Assembly: GCA_040770465.1 (NCBI GenBank)
Contig: JAXGJB010000016.1
Coordinates: 1-47,423 of the forward strand
Source: Methanothrix sp.
GTDB taxonomy: Archaea > Halobacteriota > Methanosarcinia > Methanotrichales > Methanotrichaceae
Length of the DNA: 47,423 nt
Direction of reading: 5' to 3'
Shown here: in pieces, positions 45,715 through 47,423 of the stretch
How the letters are laid out: each line of letters begins with the position of its first letter
Position numbering within the stretch: the first letter of the stretch is position 1
Notes under the pieces: model-generated
Told to the model about the DNA's origin: nothing
The model's input: only the letters and a program-made list of their open reading frames with translations
Databases searched by the model: none
Position numbers and translations under genes: made by a program

Positions 45715-46827
45715 ATGATGCATATCAGAAAAAGCTTCGCGGAGGCCGAGGCCTGCCACCACGGTGGAAGGATAAGGGCGAAAGCCTCCAGCCGAAACCT
45801 CAACCAGGAGAACCTCCTGGACTATAGCGCCAACATAAACCCTCTGGGCCACCCCCCCCTGGATGACCTGATCCTCCGGGAGATGAAGAGCGTGGGCCAT
45901 TATCCGGACAACGATTATCTCGATTTCAGGAGGGCGGCGGCAAGGTTCGTGGGGGTTGACCCGAAGAACGTCATCCCCGGAAACGGCTCCTCGGAGCTGA
46001 TGAGGCTCTTCGCCGAGGCCCTGATCGAGGATGGGGAGAAGGTCATCATCACCGAACCTACCTTCGGCGAGTACGAGGCCCAGTCCCGCCTCTTCGGGGC
46101 GGAGATCGTCCACGTCCCAAGAGGCATTAAGGAACTGATAAGTCCGAAGGATTTTCTCGGCGACGATCTCCTGGAGGAGGCGAAGGCTGCCTTCATCTGC
46201 AACCCCAACAACCCCACGGGGATCCTCCTCCCAAGGTCAGAGATCGCAGGACTGGCCGAACGTTGCGAGAGGGCCGAGACCTTCCTCTTCGTCGACGAGG
46301 CGTTCATAGAGCTGTCGGACCCGGACCAGACTGTGGCGGATATGGCGCCGAGGACCGAGCACCTCTTCGTCGCCAGGTCCCTCACCAAGTCCTTCGGAGT
46401 TCCGGGGATAAGGCTCGGGTTTGGGGTTGCAGGAGACCGTCTCGCAGACGTGATGAACAAAACCCGGCTCCCCTGGAGCATAAGCTCCCTCGCCTCGGCG
46501 GCCGGAGCTTATCTTCTTGCCCAGGACGACCACCTGGCCAAGAGCAGGCAGGTCATAAAAGAGGAGCTGCGGTGGCTCACTGCAGAGCTCGTGCGGCTCG
46601 GCCTCGATCCGGTGGATAGCTCCGTCAACTTCATCCTGGTGGGGCTGGAGCCCGCGGGGATCCGCTCCTCTGAGCTCGTCGAGAGGATGGAACGGGAGAG
46701 AGTTCTCGTGCGGGACTGCAGGTCCTTCGGCCTTGGGGAGGATTACGTCCGGGTGGCAGTGAGAAATAGAATGGAGAATGCGAGGCTGGTCGCCGCCCTG
46801 GAGAAGGTGCTCGGATGGAGAGGTTGA
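45715..46827 (+). CDS. cobD: L-threonine-O-3-phosphate decarboxylase
   Basis: HGG, LDYSANINPLG, GNGSSE, CNPNNPTG, VDEAF, RSLTKSFGVPGIRLG (PLP Lys); cobalamin context. Start moved to 45715. Confidence 0.88.
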   Translation: MMHIRKSFAEAEACHHGGRIRAKASSRNLNQENLLDYSANINPLGHPPLDDLILREMKSVGHYPDNDYLDFRRAAARFVGVDPKNVIPGNGSSELMRLFAEALIEDGEKVIITEPTFGEYEAQSRLFGAEIVHVPRGIKELISPKDFLGDDLLEEAKAAFICNPNNPTGILLPRSEIAGLAERCERAETFLFVDEAFIELSDPDQTVADMAPRTEHLFVARSLTKSFGVPGIRLGFGVAGDRLADVMNKTRLPWSISSLASAAGAYLLAQDDHLAKSRQVIKEELRWLTAELVRLGLDPVDSSVNFILVGLEPAGIRSSELVERMERERVLVRDCRSFGLGEDYVRVAVRNRMENARLVAALEKVLGWRG

Positions 46828-47057
46828 GCTGCGATCGGTACCCCTGCCATTTTCCAGACCAGGACTGCACCTTCTGTTTCTGTCCCTTCTACCCCTGCAA
46901 CGACGAGAGGACCGGGGGTCGGGTGGCCAACGGCGAGTGGTCGTGTGACCAATGCTTTGTCATCCACAGGCCCGAGGTGGCGGAGAGGGTGATGGGGGGG
47001 CTGGTCCGGGGCGATGGTCTCGACGAGATCTGGAAAGAGGTGGAAGAGCTGCTATGA
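46815..47057 (+). CDS. Cysteine-rich small domain protein (zf-like, cobalamin-associated)
   Basis: CDRYPCH...DCTFCFCPFYPC...WSCDQCFVIH. Confidence 0.85.
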   Translation: MERLSCDRYPCHFPDQDCTFCFCPFYPCNDERTGGRVANGEWSCDQCFVIHRPEVAERVMGGLVRGDGLDEIWKEVEELL

Positions 47058-47099
47058 CATGCAAAGATGGCCTAGGTCTGAAAGAGGGGGGGAGCTGAA

Positions 47100-47423
47100 A
47101 TGATCTCAGAGACCGTCTCTATGATCACCGATGCGCTCCATCTCGTTCCCGAGCCTCTGACGGTACTCCTTCTTGCGATCGGTATAGACCTGGCGTTGGG
47201 TGAGCCGCCCGCCAGGGTCCATCCGGTGGTCCTCGTAGGAAGGCTGATAGGTTTCCTGAAGGGGCGGGCGAGGCGGACGAGAGGATGGGGCGCGGCGATC
47301 GCCCTTCTGGTCATCCTCTCGTCGGCGGGAGCCGGCCACCTTCTGATCGCTGCCGGGGACGTTATTGGCTTCGGCCTGAAAGTCCTCGTCTCGGCATACC
47401 TCCTCAAGTCGACGATAGCGATA
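47100..47423 (+). CDS. cbiB: Adenosylcobinamide-phosphate synthase CbiB (5' part, runs off the window)
   Basis: Manual translation from ATG 47100: MISETVSM...AIGIDLALGEPPARVHPVVLVGRLI...YLLKSTIA, the typical CbiB DxxxGEP..HPV motif; open to the window end. Confidence 0.88.
   Translation, partial: MISETVSMITDALHLVPEPLTVLLLAIGIDLALGEPPARVHPVVLVGRLIGFLKGRARRTRGWGAAIALLVILSSAGAGHLLIAAGDVIGFGLKVLVSAYLLKSTIAI

Noticed and set aside
47054-47099. Possible G7-tract frameshift joining ATG 47054 to cbiB (phase variation)
   Set aside because: cbiB has its own GGAG RBS and ATG at 47100 and all conserved motifs lie downstream, so nothing is missing.

Overview
High-GC archaeal chromosomal window from an aceticlastic methanogen. 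Gene content and order point to Methanothrix/Methanosaeta (harundinacea-like); this is an inference from families, not a database hit. Core loci: an hdrA-mvhD / polyferredoxin / hdrC / hdrB operon; topoisomerase VI (top6B, top6A); RPA plus RPA-associated protein; nop5; alaX; isf-afpA; tRNA-Leu(UAG); argF; an fwdG-B-D-like cluster; a BatA/vWA membrane pair; aIF-1; Lsm with a TFEbeta/RPC34-like gene; cobalamin genes (cobZ, cobS, cobY, cobD, partial cbiB); and a complete ACDS operon (cdhA-B-C, two small ORFs, cooC, cdhD-E). Three AT-rich accessory islets lie at about 0.5-2.45 kb, 22.1-22.8 kb and 34.75-36.83 kb. Most notable observations: (1) two small paralogous ORFs inside the ACDS operon resemble stand-alone copies of the ACS-beta C-terminal tail, which CdhC here lacks; (2) an exact 386-bp tandem duplication of a zinc-ribbon gene has a diverged 5' half and a near-identical 3' half; (3) the FwdB paralog has lost its metal-ligating Cys; (4) cobS and cobY probably start at CTG; (5) an AT-rich three-gene cassette carries an orphan response regulator. 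No CRISPR array or intact transposase was seen.
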